DNA of 24,000 nucleotides from Terriglobia bacterium (GTDB lineage: Bacteria; Acidobacteriota; Terriglobia; UBA7540). Shown piece after piece: positions 23,746-24,000 of this stretch; position 1 is the stretch's first letter, and each line of letters begins with the position of its first letter. The position numbers and the translations under genes were made by a program. The stretch spans positions 59,938 through 83,937 of the forward strand of contig DASYXW010000053.1 of assembly GCA_035934405.1 (NCBI GenBank). Reading direction: 5' to 3'. The notes under the pieces are model-generated. The model searched no databases. It had not been told where the DNA came from and worked only from the letters and a program-made list of their open reading frames with translations.

Positions 23746-24000
23746 ATGAGCACACCAGGATTCACCGCCGAGGCTGCGCTCGGCAAAATGAGGGAAAGCT
23801 ACGCTCTCACCTCGGGGATCGCAGCAGAGACCGGGAGCGTTCTGCCCCAACAATGGGGGATATTACAGAACTTACAGGTCTGCCGAACCGTTTGTTTTTC
23901 AGTTCCTGGTTCCCTCGGCCCTAAGGTCGTTTGTGACACGCTCTGTCCGCCTGGGGTCGGGCATTCTCACAGAGGCGCCCAGAGCTACACGGCTTACTGA
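23746..24000 (+). CDS. precursor-like small peptide (84 aa), complete; the stop is the last codon of the window
   Basis: AAGGAG SD. MSTPGFTAEAALGKMRESY leader-like motif and VLPQ hinge. Tail QWGILQNLQVCRTVCFSVPGSLGPKVVCDTLCPPGVGHSHRGAQSYTAY (4 Cys). Confidence 0.6.
   Translation: MSTPGFTAEAALGKMRESYALTSGIAAETGSVLPQQWGILQNLQVCRTVCFSVPGSLGPKVVCDTLCPPGVGHSHRGAQSYTAY

Overview
High-GC bacterial window. The gene content (exosortase/EpsI, KLC-type TPR protein, giant FG-GAP/choice-of-anchor-D proteins) suggests an Acidobacteriota-like soil organism, but the taxon is inference only. All calls come from reading the supplied translations and the DNA by eye. No searches were run, so family names are motif- and memory-based.

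Layout:
(i) 1-4132, minus strand, core-like: truncated AI-2E-like permease, EpsI, exosortase, 702-aa TPR protein.
(ii) tRNA-Ser(GCT) at 4502-4594.
(iii) 4.8-15.6 kb, plus strand: very large secreted beta-rich proteins. These are a tailspike/pectate-lyase-like protein, two paralogous IPT + FG-GAP/VCBS + choice-of-anchor-D proteins, an orphan 180-aa ORF and a phage-tail-fibre-like protein, plus one minus-strand FecR-like gene bracketed by inverted ~120-130-bp elements.
(iv) 15.9-19.8 kb, visibly more AT-rich islet: a translationally coupled ParB/Srx-fold protein and a PD-(D/E)xK-like protein, converging on and overlapping a vsr-dcm pair.
(v) 19.8-20.5 kb, mosaic junction built from a truncated copy of a downstream gene, a third precursor-like peptide ORF, and a diverged copy of the tail-fibre gene 3' end.
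(vi) 20.6-21.2 kb: small overlapping toxin/antitoxin-like pair.
(vii) 21.36-24.0 kb: a compact locus that I consider the best candidate for an undescribed system. It encodes a PatA/PatG-like S8 protease, a coupled CxxC mini-protein, a free-standing protein resembling the PatA/PatG C-terminal DUF, and tandem small ORFs with a position-locked leader-like motif and hypervariable Cys/aromatic-rich tails. It runs to the right edge of the window.

The second candidate is the ParB-like/nuclease pair. A recurring G-tract element sits directly after the stop codons of four secreted-protein genes or gene fragments.
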